A DNA stretch of 64,000 nucleotides, from the IMG/VR virus record IMGVR_UViG_3300035145_001165, positions 1 to 64,000 of that record; one strand, given 5' to 3'. The first letter of the stretch is position 1; the number at the start of each line of letters is the position of its first letter. Of the stretch, positions 38,719 through 48,841 are shown piece after piece. The DNA comes from a virus. The translations under genes were made by a program, and so were the position numbers. The notes beneath the pieces were generated by a model that saw only the letters and a program-made list of their open reading frames with translations, made no database searches and was not told the origin of the DNA.

Positions 38719-41700
38719 TAGAAATCAAGGTTGAAAATGTGACCGCCATCCTTGACGGGAGACATTGTGGGGAACAGTGCTACGTTGCCAGAGGCAGCAG
38801 TAGTACCACCATCAGCAGTAGCGGCACCCACAGGAGCGTTAGCAGCAGAAGTTAGTTTCTCCATCAGAGATGCCATCGGAGCGAAGGCAGCAGTTGCTGC
38901 TTCAGACATACGTTCTGGAACACCCTTCTCCTGCATAGAAGTTTGAGCTGATCTGAGTCTTCCCTCAAGACCTCTTAGTCTTCCAGTAACTCTCGAAGTC
39001 ACAGAAGATGGTTGTGATGTGAACGCCGAGGAAGTAGAACTTAACATATCTGCTGAGTTGCTACTAAAGTTTGACTTACCAGAGAAGGGTGCCTTCCAAT
39101 CGTATCCCATCTTGAGGGCGTCACCTCTAGTGCCAGGCATACTCTTAGGAGCTCCAACATCAGTGGGACTAGTGGAAACTTCCCAGTGTAGGTGAGGACC
39201 ACTAGATCTACCAGTGTTGCCAACATATCCAAGCAGATCTCCCTTCTTAATCTTCTGACCTTCACGAACCTTAGCACGGTTCTGCATATGTGCCCAGAGG
39301 TGTGACCTTCCGTTGTCATCATTCCAGATCACGGTGTTACCGTAACCACCAAAGTAACCAACACCACGGTTAGATTGAACAACACCATCAGAGAATGCTA
39401 CCAGGGGTGTTCCTTCTGGTGCAGCAATATCAACACCCATATGGTTGTCTTCTTTCCTGCCATCACCATCCATATCACGCCAACCAAAGCGAGAAGTGAC
39501 GACGATGTTATTCATTGCACCAGCGCCACCTTGACCACCCATACCACCTTGACCACCCATACCACCCATCATAGGAGTGCGACCAACGATACCTCTATCA
39601 TCACCACTACCCGTTCCAGGTGGTGCTTGTGGAACTTCAGCGTTAGGAAGACTCAGATCCATACCATCGACAAAAGAACTGAGGTTACCAATAACATCGC
39701 CACTGAAGACTTCCTCAGTACCCTTAACCATATTGCGGAGAGCATCACCACCCAACCAACTAGGAACATTGTCAATCAGTTTTTTAATGAATGACATTCC
39801 GTTTGCAACGAGACTGGCAACACCTTTGACAACAAAGGCGAACATATCAACCAAAGCTTTGTAGTACTTGGCAATGATCTGGATTATCGGTACCAACACT
39901 TTCATCAAAAGTTTAGCAAGAACACCAATAATTCTACCGATATTCTTCAGAGCACCAATAAATCCGCCACCCTCACCAGACTCTCCACCGACACCGAAGA
40001 CAGCAGCAAGTCCATCCATCGCGCTCACGATAGAACCACCAAGTTCTTTAAAGGATGTGATCACTGGACCGAAAGTCTTACCCCAGTCGAATGATTTAAA
40101 TGTGTTCGCGAATCCTTCACCCAGGAACTTACCAACGTTCTCACCCAACCAGGAACCAACAGCAGCACCCAGTGCGATACCAACAGGACCACCAACAGCA
40201 CCAAGGAAACCACCGATGACTGCACCTGAACCTGCACCGAGACCTGCGCCTGCTGATCTACCAACGATCTTCGCTTTATCTTTCTGCAGACTACCATCAG
40301 CAAGACCAGCGTTGACTTGCTCTCGTGTCATATTATTCTCTTCCATCAAACGCTTTATCTCTTCCTCGTTCGCTTCCATAGCACCGAAGCCAGCGGAGAG
40401 AAGAGAACCAATGACAGGAACTCTACCGACACCTTTACTCACTATACCACCAGTGCTCTTGAGTAAATCAGCGCCGCGCTGAGCAATACCAGCACCAGCA
40501 CCGAGCACACCCTTACCACCTTTAAGAATTGCACTAGCACCACCAGCGAGTCCCTTGCCAGCACCTGCAAGAGCTTTGCCAAGGTTAAAGTTTAAGATAC
40601 CACTCTTAGCAGCAGTTGCTAAGGTACCGACAAGACCCTTAGCACCCTTAGCAAGATTTAAAATTTGTCCAGGCAATGCTTTGAAAATATTTGCCAGAGA
40701 CTGTATTGATTTTACTTTTAATTTACCCAGGTTGGCTAACAGATCATTGAGGGCTTTACCAGTTCTAATGTTTCTACCAGCACGGAAGAAACCACCCGCT
40801 TCATCTGCAAGACTACCAGCACCACGTGCCATATTTGGGAAGGGACGACCTGCGGTGCGGAGAACACTTGCATCCTGAGCACCAGTGATGCCCTGCATAA
40901 ACAACGTACCCTGCTGCTTGATAGCACTAGCAGTGTTTACAAGTTTGCCTTTAGCATTAGCACCACCACCGACAAGTCTTTGGAACCTAGAAGCAACACT
41001 CTTGGTAGGATCACCAGTACGTGCTGCTAATCTAGCATCAAATAAAATTTCATCAAGACTATTCTTAAGACCTCCAACAGTAAAACCTTTGGTTTTTACT
41101 GGACTCTTTGCAACAGTATCCAACCCATCAGTGGCAGCATCGAATGCTCTACCAGCACCTGCGCCAGCAGCGTTCCTAACAGTCTGTCTTATACCACCTT
41201 CTGCAGGATTTCGGAATCGCTTCGCAATGGCACCACGAACTGCTGCACCATCTTTAAGCTTGGACATCTTCTTAGATGTCGCAAGACCCATACCAATGTT
41301 ACCAATGCCAAAGGCACTGAACCCCGCAATGGGGGTCATTAAATTCCTTAACTTATTATACTCAATGGCAGCTCGCCTGCCAAAGTTTTGTAACTTAACG
41401 TCTGCTGTTTCTAAAGCATTAGCAAGACCTGCAACACCATCAGCAAGGACACCAAGGATAGCATCCGACTGTGTTACAGCAAGAGTAAGAGCACCTGCGG
41501 CACCAGCAGCAAGCAGTGCCTTCTTTAACTTCTCAAAGTCCAGACCCTTCTTACTACCACCTTTCTTTGCAAAGGGGTTAGAAATTCTGGGACCTGCCTT
41601 ACGCTGCTTCTCAATTGCAGTTTCTTGGGCAGCGAACTTGCCCTTAGAAATCATCTTGTTTTCTAAGGCAAGACGAGAACGCTGAAGTTTAAGCGTCTGC

Positions 41701-41840
41701 GTCTGCAGATTTACCAGATCGTTAAGAAGAGCGTTAGTAACCATCTGCTGCTTCACAGAAGCAGCTTGGATTTTAACAAGATCAGTGTTAGCAGATCCCG
41801 TCAGCGGATTATTCTTATACTTACTGGTGTCTAATGCCAT
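38718..41840 (-). CDS. Tape-measure-like (gp29-like) protein with an M23 peptidase domain
   Basis: Long A/G/K-rich helical region followed by M23 motifs HMGVD, GYGN and SGPHLHWE. Confidence 0.75.
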   Translation of the reverse strand: MALDTSKYKNNPLTGSANTDLVKIQAASVKQQMVTNALLNDLVNLQTQTLKLQRSRLALENKMISKGKFAAQETAIEKQRKAGPRISNPFAKKGGSKKGLDFEKLKKALLAAGAAGALTLAVTQSDAILGVLADGVAGLANALETADVKLQNFGRRAAIEYNKLRNLMTPIAGFSAFGIGNIGMGLATSKKMSKLKDGAAVRGAIAKRFRNPAEGGIRQTVRNAAGAGAGRAFDAATDGLDTVAKSPVKTKGFTVGGLKNSLDEILFDARLAARTGDPTKSVASRFQRLVGGGANAKGKLVNTASAIKQQGTLFMQGITGAQDASVLRTAGRPFPNMARGAGSLADEAGGFFRAGRNIRTGKALNDLLANLGKLKVKSIQSLANIFKALPGQILNLAKGAKGLVGTLATAAKSGILNFNLGKALAGAGKGLAGGASAILKGGKGVLGAGAGIAQRGADLLKSTGGIVSKGVGRVPVIGSLLSAGFGAMEANEEEIKRLMEENNMTREQVNAGLADGSLQKDKAKIVGRSAGAGLGAGSGAVIGGFLGAVGGPVGIALGAAVGSWLGENVGKFLGEGFANTFKSFDWGKTFGPVITSFKELGGSIVSAMDGLAAVFGVGGESGEGGGFIGALKNIGRIIGVLAKLLMKVLVPIIQIIAKYYKALVDMFAFVVKGVASLVANGMSFIKKLIDNVPSWLGGDALRNMVKGTEEVFSGDVIGNLSSFVDGMDLSLPNAEVPQAPPGTGSGDDRGIVGRTPMMGGMGGQGGMGGQGGAGAMNNIVVTSRFGWRDMDGDGRKEDNHMGVDIAAPEGTPLVAFSDGVVQSNRGVGYFGGYGNTVIWNDDNGRSHLWAHMQNRAKVREGQKIKKGDLLGYVGNTGRSSGPHLHWEVSTSPTDVGAPKSMPGTRGDALKMGYDWKAPFSGKSNFSSNSADMLSSTSSAFTSQPSSVTSRVTGRLRGLEGRLRSAQTSMQEKGVPERMSEAATAAFAPMASLMEKLTSAANAPVGAATADGGTTAASGNVALFPTMSPVKDGGHIFNLDF
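39526..39566. repeat. 18-bp tandem repeat encoding MGGQGG
   Basis: ccaccttgaccacccata x2 plus a partial copy, in the linker before the M23 domain. Confidence 0.8.
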
Positions 41841-42022
41841 TACCTGTTAGCTTTTAGCTGTTGCTGCTGTAGCTTTTCTTCTTCCAGGTGCGCCAGCAGG
41901 AGAGCGATGTAAACATCTCTTTCCCAAGGCATCATCCCTTCGATCTCTGCTAGGTTATATTTATGGTGCTGCATCAAAGAGAAGTTTGTCCTAAAATAGT
42001 TTTCAAGACTATTGTAAGACAT
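41840..42022 (-). CDS. g51: Baseplate hub assembly catalyst gp51
   Basis: YFRTNFSLMQHHKYNLAEIEGMMPWERDVY motif. Confidence 0.9.
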   Translation of the reverse strand: MSYNSLENYFRTNFSLMQHHKYNLAEIEGMMPWERDVYIALLLAHLEEEKLQQQQLKANR

Positions 42023-42024
42023 AC

Positions 42025-42738
42025 TCACCCGAAAAAAGATGCAAGACCCTCCAGTGTATACTCACACTCTGCTTTAGTATTAGGATTAATAACCGAGAAG
42101 GTGTGGGTAAGTTTAGGCATATTGCTGAAGAATTCCTGAACAGATTCAAACTGTTTAGAAGTCAGACTCTCCAAGAAACCAACCAATTCTTTTCTAGAAG
42201 AATTTGCTGCTTCATATACATCTTCACCATCAATAATCTGATCGATGCAGTCAGCGATGAGTTCAAATACTTGGTCAGGACTCTGCTCCTGTTGAGCAAA
42301 GTTATTCTTGATGAATTGATCCAGAGAAGGATACTTCATCTTCACAGTGATGTCATCATTGATATACACAGAGTCGCTGTGGTCATCAGGTTTGACAACT
42401 TTAATTTCATTCAGATCGATTGCAACATCAACCTGCGTTTCGTTGTCATCAGTGCAAGTAACTTTAAGTTCCAGTTCTTCGCCAACTGACTTAGAACGAA
42501 TCATAAGAAACAGATATTCGAGATCGAACATCGCAAGTTTCTCAACTTTTAGTCTACTAACAATACAACCCTTAAGAAGATCAACAATAGCTTGTTGAAT
42601 TTGTTGTTCATCTTCTGATTCCATTGCTACGAGAAGAACTTTTTCTTCCTTAACTAGGAAGGGTCGGTACTTAATCGTTTGTCCAGTAGAAGGAAGCTCA
42701 CACTGGTAAGTGGGCACCTCAAGCTTTGGTAAAGGCAT
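42025..42738 (-). CDS. g26: Baseplate hub subunit gp26
   Basis: LPSTGQTIKYRPFLVKEEKVLL, FDLEYLFL.IRSKSVGE and LEGLASFF motifs. Confidence 0.92.
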   Translation of the reverse strand: MPLPKLEVPTYQCELPSTGQTIKYRPFLVKEEKVLLVAMESEDEQQIQQAIVDLLKGCIVSRLKVEKLAMFDLEYLFLMIRSKSVGEELELKVTCTDDNETQVDVAIDLNEIKVVKPDDHSDSVYINDDITVKMKYPSLDQFIKNNFAQQEQSPDQVFELIADCIDQIIDGEDVYEAANSSRKELVGFLESLTSKQFESVQEFFSNMPKLTHTFSVINPNTKAECEYTLEGLASFFG

Positions 42739-42772
42739 AGTGAGTTCAGTTCAATACTATTATTTAGAGCGG

Positions 42773-43540
42773 TTAGTTAAAGAGGTTCCCCATATCATTT
42801 GTGAACGAACTGAATGCTCGCCCAACGTTTCCTATCGCACTGCTAAGTGATGCTGGATTAGATGTGCGGATGTTATTTGATTTACTTTTTAAATTCTTAC
42901 GGGCGTCTTCAAACTGTACTTCAAATCTTTCGTAGTACAAATTGACAGTACACTTCATTAGTGTAGCAGCACCTGCGTCTAGTGGAACAGCATCAATAGC
43001 ATAAGGATAGCATTCTGTAAAGAAGTATCTTAAACTTCTACCTTGCTCAGAGTATCTCTTGCCAGGTTCAAACTTATCAACTGCAATAGTTGTCTGATAA
43101 CTATCAGGATAAGATAGTCTAGTAAATCTATTGCGATTCCTCTGAGGAATAGAAGACATCTCATCAGGGATGACTTGTGTCTGTCCGAACTGAGATTTCT
43201 CTTGGAAGATTTTATCGAACCAAGCGTGGAAAACTTTCAACGCTGTCATATTACCATCACAAATAAATGACAGTGACAGATCGTTGTACATCTTCATCGT
43301 CGGATACTTCATACTGTGACCAGTATAATATCCATTGACCTGAGAGGTCGCTGCTTGCACACTAGGAAGTGCTACGTTATCACAGAAGATCTCTAGCGTC
43401 CTCTGATCAGGAACGTTGCTACCAAAACCTTCCAGTCCCAAACGATCTAGGGACGGGATAACAACACGAAAAGAATTGGACTTTGCAATCCCTCCACCGC
43501 GTGCTATCTGTTCCTGTACTTTTTGGTATAGATTCGCCAT
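42773..43540 (-). CDS. Tail-tube-like baseplate initiator (gp54/gp19 family)
   Basis: GGIAKSNSFRV, FCDNVALP, LSLSFICD and YPDSY..CYP motifs; divergent from g4. Confidence 0.7.
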   Translation of the reverse strand: MANLYQKVQEQIARGGGIAKSNSFRVVIPSLDRLGLEGFGSNVPDQRTLEIFCDNVALPSVQAATSQVNGYYTGHSMKYPTMKMYNDLSLSFICDGNMTALKVFHAWFDKIFQEKSQFGQTQVIPDEMSSIPQRNRNRFTRLSYPDSYQTTIAVDKFEPGKRYSEQGRSLRYFFTECYPYAIDAVPLDAGAATLMKCTVNLYYERFEVQFEDARKNLKSKSNNIRTSNPASLSSAIGNVGRAFSSFTNDMGNLFN

Positions 43541-43570
43541 CTAAATAGGCTGGAAGGATACGTTTTATTT

Positions 43571-44011
43571 ATGGCGTACTCGGGGCAGTACAAACCAGTG
43601 AACTACCAAAAGTATAAAGGCAATCCCAGTAGGATCTTTTACAGATCATCCTGGGAACTTATGTTTATGAAGTACTGTGATCGTGAAGCTAATGTAATCG
43701 AGTGGGGTAGCGAAGAGATCATTATACCATATCGTTGTCCCACTGACGGTAGAGTACATAGATATTATCCCGATTTCTATTTGAAAGTGAGGGACAAAGA
43801 TGGTTCTCTCAAAAAATATATTGTCGAAGTAAAACCTAAGAAGCAGACCAAACCTCCTGCTCAACCCAAGCGTAAAACTAAAAAGTTTATGCAAGAGACG
43901 TTTACCTTTATGAAGAACACTGCCAAGTGGAAGGCAGCGAAAAACTACTGTGATGATAGAAGAATGGAGTTTCTAATTCTCACGGAGGATCATCTTGGAA
44001 TCAGTCTTTGA
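43571..44011 (+). CDS. g4: Head completion nuclease gp4
   Basis: KYKGNP..IFYRSSWE, WGSEE, HRYYPDF, EVKP and KWKAA motifs. Confidence 0.95.
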   Translation: MAYSGQYKPVNYQKYKGNPSRIFYRSSWELMFMKYCDREANVIEWGSEEIIIPYRCPTDGRVHRYYPDFYLKVRDKDGSLKKYIVEVKPKKQTKPPAQPKRKTKKFMQETFTFMKNTAKWKAAKNYCDDRRMEFLILTEDHLGISL

Positions 44012-44591
44012 AAAATTAGAGAAAGCGCAGGACGGTAAAGATAGATCTGCATCCTGGTGGCGTTCAGCATCCAAGAATGCAATGCGCAGTGCGTTAGCAG
44101 ATGGCACCAAGGAAGCTGTTCTTCTCAATGAGGTCGGCAACGATGATGATCTCAATCAAGTTAGAAGAACACCTAGGGAGGGTACCATAGTCTTATTTGA
44201 ATACGATGCCAAGACTACGAAGCAGAAACTAGCTTACTACGATCAGTTACCACTGGTAGTAGTTCTGGAAGTAAAGACAGATCATTTCTGGGGAGCGAAC
44301 CTACATTATATCAGTCCGAAGAAGAGAATAAAAACTCTTAGCGCACTCCTCAGCAATAAGATAGATGTACCTCGGAACATCATCCATAAATATAAAAAAA
44401 GTGATGTGAAAAACGCCAATCTTTTTATTGAGATTGACGAAAATGATTGGGACTCAGCGATCCATCTACCACTAGAGCAATTTGTTTCTGCTGTTGGTAA
44501 GATAGAAGTACCTGTTCTCTCCAAAAAAGTCTGGTTAAAGTATGATGCCCTTGCAAAATATAGGTTCAGAGCGAAACGCAAAGTGTCCTAA
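43995..44591 (+). CDS. g2: DNA end protector gp2-like
   Basis: FEYDAK..LAYYDQLPLV..FWGANLHY motif, directly after g4. Confidence 0.8.
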   Translation: MESVFEKLEKAQDGKDRSASWWRSASKNAMRSALADGTKEAVLLNEVGNDDDLNQVRRTPREGTIVLFEYDAKTTKQKLAYYDQLPLVVVLEVKTDHFWGANLHYISPKKRIKTLSALLSNKIDVPRNIIHKYKKSDVKNANLFIEIDENDWDSAIHLPLEQFVSAVGKIEVPVLSKKVWLKYDALAKYRFRAKRKVS

Positions 44592-45523
44592 TGGCAATTC
44601 TCGACGCACTTACAAGTAAATCATCGTTAAGGTTTCCTGCTGATAAGGTAGAGGACTTTGATGACTATATGATGTTCACTGTGTATGAATATCAACCTCC
44701 TTTCCGTAAAGCAAAGTGCATCGGTGAAGCAGGTGGTAGTCTTTATGGTGGTAGATACGCTGACTATGATGTAACTGGTTTTGGTGGTGGCGAACTATCG
44801 CAGTCATCATACAAGAATATGATTCTCTATATGCCTGAGGACATCAGGGATAGTCACTCTAGAGCGTGGGGTGATGTTCGTATGGGTAACCTTGAGCGTG
44901 CTGGTCTACGTATGGCTGGTTCCGCAATCGATGCTGCACCAGATATATTAACTCAAGGTGCTGGAGGTATATCAAATACCTTAAAGGGTATGATGCCTGG
45001 CAATCCTAGAGAGCAAGGCAAAGCATTAGCAAAGTCACTAGCAATTAATGCTGGTGCATCGATGACTGGTCTGCAAGCTAACGCAGTTGCTGGTGGTCTT
45101 ACAGGTACGATTCTCAATCCAAACATAGAAGTTATGTTTGATGGTGTTGGTATGAGAACGTTCCAATTCAATTGGAGTTTAGTACCACGCAACGCTAGAG
45201 AATCTAAGATCATTCAAGAAATGATCTGGCAATTTAAAAAGTCATCTGCACCTTCGATGGAAGCAGATGGTTGGTTTATGAAAGTCCCCTATGTATATAA
45301 AATCCAGTACAAGCAGGGTTCTAAGGACAATCACTGGTTAAATAAGATGAAGGCGTGCGCCTTACAAAACATCTCTGTTAGTTATACAGGAGCAGGTTCT
45401 TATTCCACAATGGAAGATGGTGCTCCCACCTCTGTGCAAATGTCACTATCGTTCAAAGAACTCAAGATGGTGATCTCCAATGACTTCGGTGACAAATTCA
45501 AGTACGGAACACAATACTACTGA
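44591..45523 (+). CDS. g48: Baseplate tail-tube cap gp48
   Basis: LYMP, NPNIEVMFDG...RTFQFNW.L.PRN..ES and LSFKE motifs. Confidence 0.9.
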   Translation: MAILDALTSKSSLRFPADKVEDFDDYMMFTVYEYQPPFRKAKCIGEAGGSLYGGRYADYDVTGFGGGELSQSSYKNMILYMPEDIRDSHSRAWGDVRMGNLERAGLRMAGSAIDAAPDILTQGAGGISNTLKGMMPGNPREQGKALAKSLAINAGASMTGLQANAVAGGLTGTILNPNIEVMFDGVGMRTFQFNWSLVPRNARESKIIQEMIWQFKKSSAPSMEADGWFMKVPYVYKIQYKQGSKDNHWLNKMKACALQNISVSYTGAGSYSTMEDGAPTSVQMSLSFKELKMVISNDFGDKFKYGTQYY

Positions 45524-47595
45524 TGGCATCTTATTTTTCCTATCTACCTAATATTGATCTCGCTATTCGTCCGATCAGATTTCCCTGGTCGGAGCAGCAA
45601 TATAAGGTAGCAAAAAATATTTTTAGGAGATTTAAACTCTCCGATAGTGTTCTAGACACAGCAACATATTTCAAGAAGTATGTCATCGATGACTCAGATC
45701 GTCCTGATCTAGTATCAGAACTTCTTTATGGTCGTAGTGATTACGACTGGGTTATTATGATGTGCAATAACATTATGAATCCATACTACGACTGGCCTAT
45801 GTCTACACCAGTCTTGAATGATTATATCAACAACAAATATGATAATCCATATGATATCAAACACTATGTAACAAATGAAGTAAAAGATAGTGCTGGCAAT
45901 GTTGTGTTGCCTGCTGGTCAGATTGTAGATGAAGGATTCTACAAGGCACCTTACTGGGTAGAGTATGATAAAACTGATGTTGAATTCCCAGAACCAGAAA
46001 ACGAAGTTCGATTAAACATAACGAAGAAGTTAGTTGTCGAAAGTATCAACATCGATAACGCTGGTTTTGGTTACGAAACCACACCTAGCATCACCATCTC
46101 TGCTCCCAGTGGTAACAATGGTGAGATGCCTGCTGTAAGAGCAACTGCTGAAGCAGTAATGACTCCAGGTGGTCCTCTAGATTTACTAGAAGTTTTATCT
46201 GGTGGAGAAAACTATACTTATCCCCCTACTGTTTCTTTTGATGGAGGTCTAGCAAACGAGAGTGCTAGCACTGTGATCGAAGACGGAAAAGTCGTGGAGA
46301 TCAGACTCAATGGTACCTCTTTCGATACTACTGTTGCAGATAACATCTACGAATTTGGAAATGGTACAGTCATTGCCCAAAACGGTACAGGAACTGGATC
46401 GGGAGGAGGTTTTGACGTTGGTGGTACGCACCTCAGATTCGGTGACACGTGGGGAACCCGTTACGCTACCCTTAACTCAGTAGATATGACGGACTTCGAT
46501 ACCGTCATAGTCTATGCTGTGCGTGGTAACGGAAGTAACGGTGGCGAAACACCTGACATCAATGGTGTGGAAGATCTCTACCTGAGATACCAGATTGTTG
46601 ATGGTGCACCTGTTGCAGAGAATTGGGTCAACCTCGGTATCGTGATCGATGCTGTGCCTAATGGTACTGGCAGTGGTGTCTTAACAGGTTATGAATTCCA
46701 GGTACCTGAAGAAGTAAGAACTCAAAACGTTTACTTCCAGTTGTACCAACCTGGCAACAGTGGTCCTCCGTATGATCACTACGGCATCACTACAGTCAAC
46801 TTCGTCAACACTACGAAGGTGTATGCTTCTGATGCAAATATGTACTTCACCAACAACCCGTTAGATACTACTGGTTCTGGTGCTGTTGGACGTGTGACTT
46901 TGAAGAAGAGCATTCAAAGTATTAACATCACTAACCCTGGTTCTTATGACGAGGAAGGTGAAGAACTTTTAATTACTTTAGGTACGGGTACTTTCAACCG
47001 TGGTTTTATGTACGGGTCTGAAAATATTCCTTACTATGCTGACGTTCCTGCACAGTTAAGTGCAACTGTGGTACAAGAAAGTGCTGCTATTAATGTAGGT
47101 GACGAAGTGACATTCAGTAATGGTATCGTTGCAGATGTCACTCAAGTTGAAGGCGACTTCTTAGCAGTTAGTCTACAAGAAATTGATGTAGAGAATCCAA
47201 TCTCAGAGGGTATGCAGTTCAGCATCAACCCTACTGGTGTTGTGACTAGTGTTGTCTCCACCACACTGACAGAACCTACGTTTGTAGATGATAAAAACAA
47301 CTACTTTAGATACAAACTGCAGCGTCCTTCTGGTACTAGTGGGTGGGAAAAATTAGTTCGTGATAGTTTCCGTTACCGTGATCCTGATGGTTCTATTGTG
47401 ACCCTACAAGGTGAAGCGATTGCTAGAGCAATCAGTCATCACGAGTATGAAACTGAAGCAAATGATAAAAAGCGTGAGATTTATATCCTTAAGAAAAGAT
47501 ATCTCCCACGCTTTATTCAAGAAATGAAGGAGCAACTTCCTTATAAGAAGAGCTCCGATTATGTTAGCAAGACACTAAAGAGATCAAGTATTTGA
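45523..47595 (+). CDS. g53: Baseplate wedge gp53 with a large internal insertion
   Basis: N-terminal YFSYLPN..KNIFRR..DRPDLVS..YG...DWV...N..NPYYDWP and C-terminal EYE..NDKKREIYILK. 690 aa in total. Confidence 0.85.
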   Translation: MASYFSYLPNIDLAIRPIRFPWSEQQYKVAKNIFRRFKLSDSVLDTATYFKKYVIDDSDRPDLVSELLYGRSDYDWVIMMCNNIMNPYYDWPMSTPVLNDYINNKYDNPYDIKHYVTNEVKDSAGNVVLPAGQIVDEGFYKAPYWVEYDKTDVEFPEPENEVRLNITKKLVVESINIDNAGFGYETTPSITISAPSGNNGEMPAVRATAEAVMTPGGPLDLLEVLSGGENYTYPPTVSFDGGLANESASTVIEDGKVVEIRLNGTSFDTTVADNIYEFGNGTVIAQNGTGTGSGGGFDVGGTHLRFGDTWGTRYATLNSVDMTDFDTVIVYAVRGNGSNGGETPDINGVEDLYLRYQIVDGAPVAENWVNLGIVIDAVPNGTGSGVLTGYEFQVPEEVRTQNVYFQLYQPGNSGPPYDHYGITTVNFVNTTKVYASDANMYFTNNPLDTTGSGAVGRVTLKKSIQSINITNPGSYDEEGEELLITLGTGTFNRGFMYGSENIPYYADVPAQLSATVVQESAAINVGDEVTFSNGIVADVTQVEGDFLAVSLQEIDVENPISEGMQFSINPTGVVTSVVSTTLTEPTFVDDKNNYFRYKLQRPSGTSGWEKLVRDSFRYRDPDGSIVTLQGEAIARAISHHEYETEANDKKREIYILKKRYLPRFIQEMKEQLPYKKSSDYVSKTLKRSSI

Positions 47596-47811
47596 TCCAG
47601 GCATAGAATCCTTTTCGGATTTCTTATTGAATCCGAAGGGATCAAGCTTGTCTTCCATCTTCAGTCGCAATGCTACTGTACCAATGGACTCAAGGATCTT
47701 GAGGATATCCTCTGCCCTAGCATCTTCACCAAGTTCCTTGGCAACATACCAGTACTTTGGCCAGAAGGTTTCACCTGCCTTCTGGTAATCTTCGAGAGTC
47801 AATAATTTCAT
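47584..47811 (-). CDS. Conserved cyanophage hypothetical protein
   Basis: MKLLTLEDYQKAGETFWPKYWYVAKELG... Confidence 0.7.
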   Translation of the reverse strand: MKLLTLEDYQKAGETFWPKYWYVAKELGEDARAEDILKILESIGTVALRLKMEDKLDPFGFNKKSEKDSMPGSNT

Positions 47812-47924
47812 CGTGTAAAGTAGCGGTCCATACGGAGTTTAATGTAATACATCCCGATGACCCAGAGGGAGAAGAGAAACCCTTCTCCGTAGGACATAGA
47901 ATTCCAAGCGTGCACAACGTCCAT
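47808..47924 (-). CDS. Small membrane peptide (38 aa, MDVVHAWNSMSYGEGFLFSLWVIGMYY...)
   Basis: Read manually. It is coupled to g32 by TGATG and to the next gene by ATGA. Confidence 0.65.
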   Translation of the reverse strand: MDVVHAWNSMSYGEGFLFSLWVIGMYYIKLRMDRYFTR

Positions 47925-48841
47925 CAGTCTTCCTCAGCAAGGCGAGCGAAGTAGGACAGTTGGTCATCATCATCAGATGTTTTACCAGCGATGTCAGGTG
48001 CATTGAAGTCACCTTCATCAGTCTTCTTCTCGAACTTAGGAGTGAAAGAAGGAGCAGAGACTACGGGTTCAAACTCTTCGTCATCAACAGTCGGAGTGGC
48101 AGGTCGCTTGTTAATGCCGAGGACTTCGTTCAAACGTGACGTAAGTTCTTCGTAGGTCTTGAACTGATCAGCAGCAGTGAAAGCAGTGAGAGAATACTCT
48201 TGCTTCCAGATACCTTCCAGTTCATCATCGTCCTTAGACAATGCAGACTGACGATCGAACTCAGACTTGTCGTAGTTCCAGTAACCAGCGACCTTACAGA
48301 TCTTCAGTTTGAAGTTAGCACCTTCCCACAGATCGAAGGGGTTCACAGGAGTCTCGTCCTCAAACTCGGGTTGCATTGCTGCAGTGATCTTATCGTAGAT
48401 CTTCTTACCGAACTTGTAGAGGAACACCTTGCCCTCGTTCTCGGGGTGTGCAGGATCGCGCACGACATAGATGTTGGTGTAGTAAGAGAGTTTACGCTTC
48501 TGCTTACGTGCAACTTCCTTGTCGGCATCGATGCCAGAATTCCAGAGTTTACGGTTGACTTCACCGACAGGATCCTTGCCACCGATAGTGGTCAGGGAGT
48601 TCTCGATGTACCAACCGCCAGGACCTTGGAATGCGTGGGAGTATACTTTTGCCCACGGAAGTTCCTCTCCATCAGGAGCAGGGAGGAAACGGATGACGGC
48701 GTAACCGTTACCAGACTTATCAAGCTCTGGTTTCCAGAAACGTTCGTCGGCACCACCACCAGACTTGTTAATCTTCTCTGCTTCCTGCACTAGTGCTTGG
48801 AGCTGAGAGGTGGAACGGCGCTTGAGGTCGCTAAAAGACAT
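47924..48841 (-). CDS. g32: Single-stranded DNA-binding protein gp32
   Basis: DERFWK..DKSGNGYAVIRFLP, WYIENSLTT, NYDKSEF and an acidic tail. Confidence 0.97.
   Translation of the reverse strand: MSFSDLKRRSTSQLQALVQEAEKINKSGGGADERFWKPELDKSGNGYAVIRFLPAPDGEELPWAKVYSHAFQGPGGWYIENSLTTIGGKDPVGEVNRKLWNSGIDADKEVARKQKRKLSYYTNIYVVRDPAHPENEGKVFLYKFGKKIYDKITAAMQPEFEDETPVNPFDLWEGANFKLKICKVAGYWNYDKSEFDRQSALSKDDDELEGIWKQEYSLTAFTAADQFKTYEELTSRLNEVLGINKRPATPTVDDEEFEPVVSAPSFTPKFEKKTDEGDFNAPDIAGKTSDDDDQLSYFARLAEED

Noticed and set aside
8046-41685. Long plus-strand ORFs (e.g. 8046-9194, 11985-13226, 24279-25721, 28068-29066, 40885-41685)
   Set aside because: They are antisense shadows of strongly codon-biased minus-strand structural genes, with no recognisable motifs or expression signals.
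43571-47595. Plus-strand gene island as an inversion or mobile element
   Set aside because: The g4-g2-g48-g53 block in this orientation is ordinary for T4-like cyanophages. No recombinase or terminal repeats were seen.
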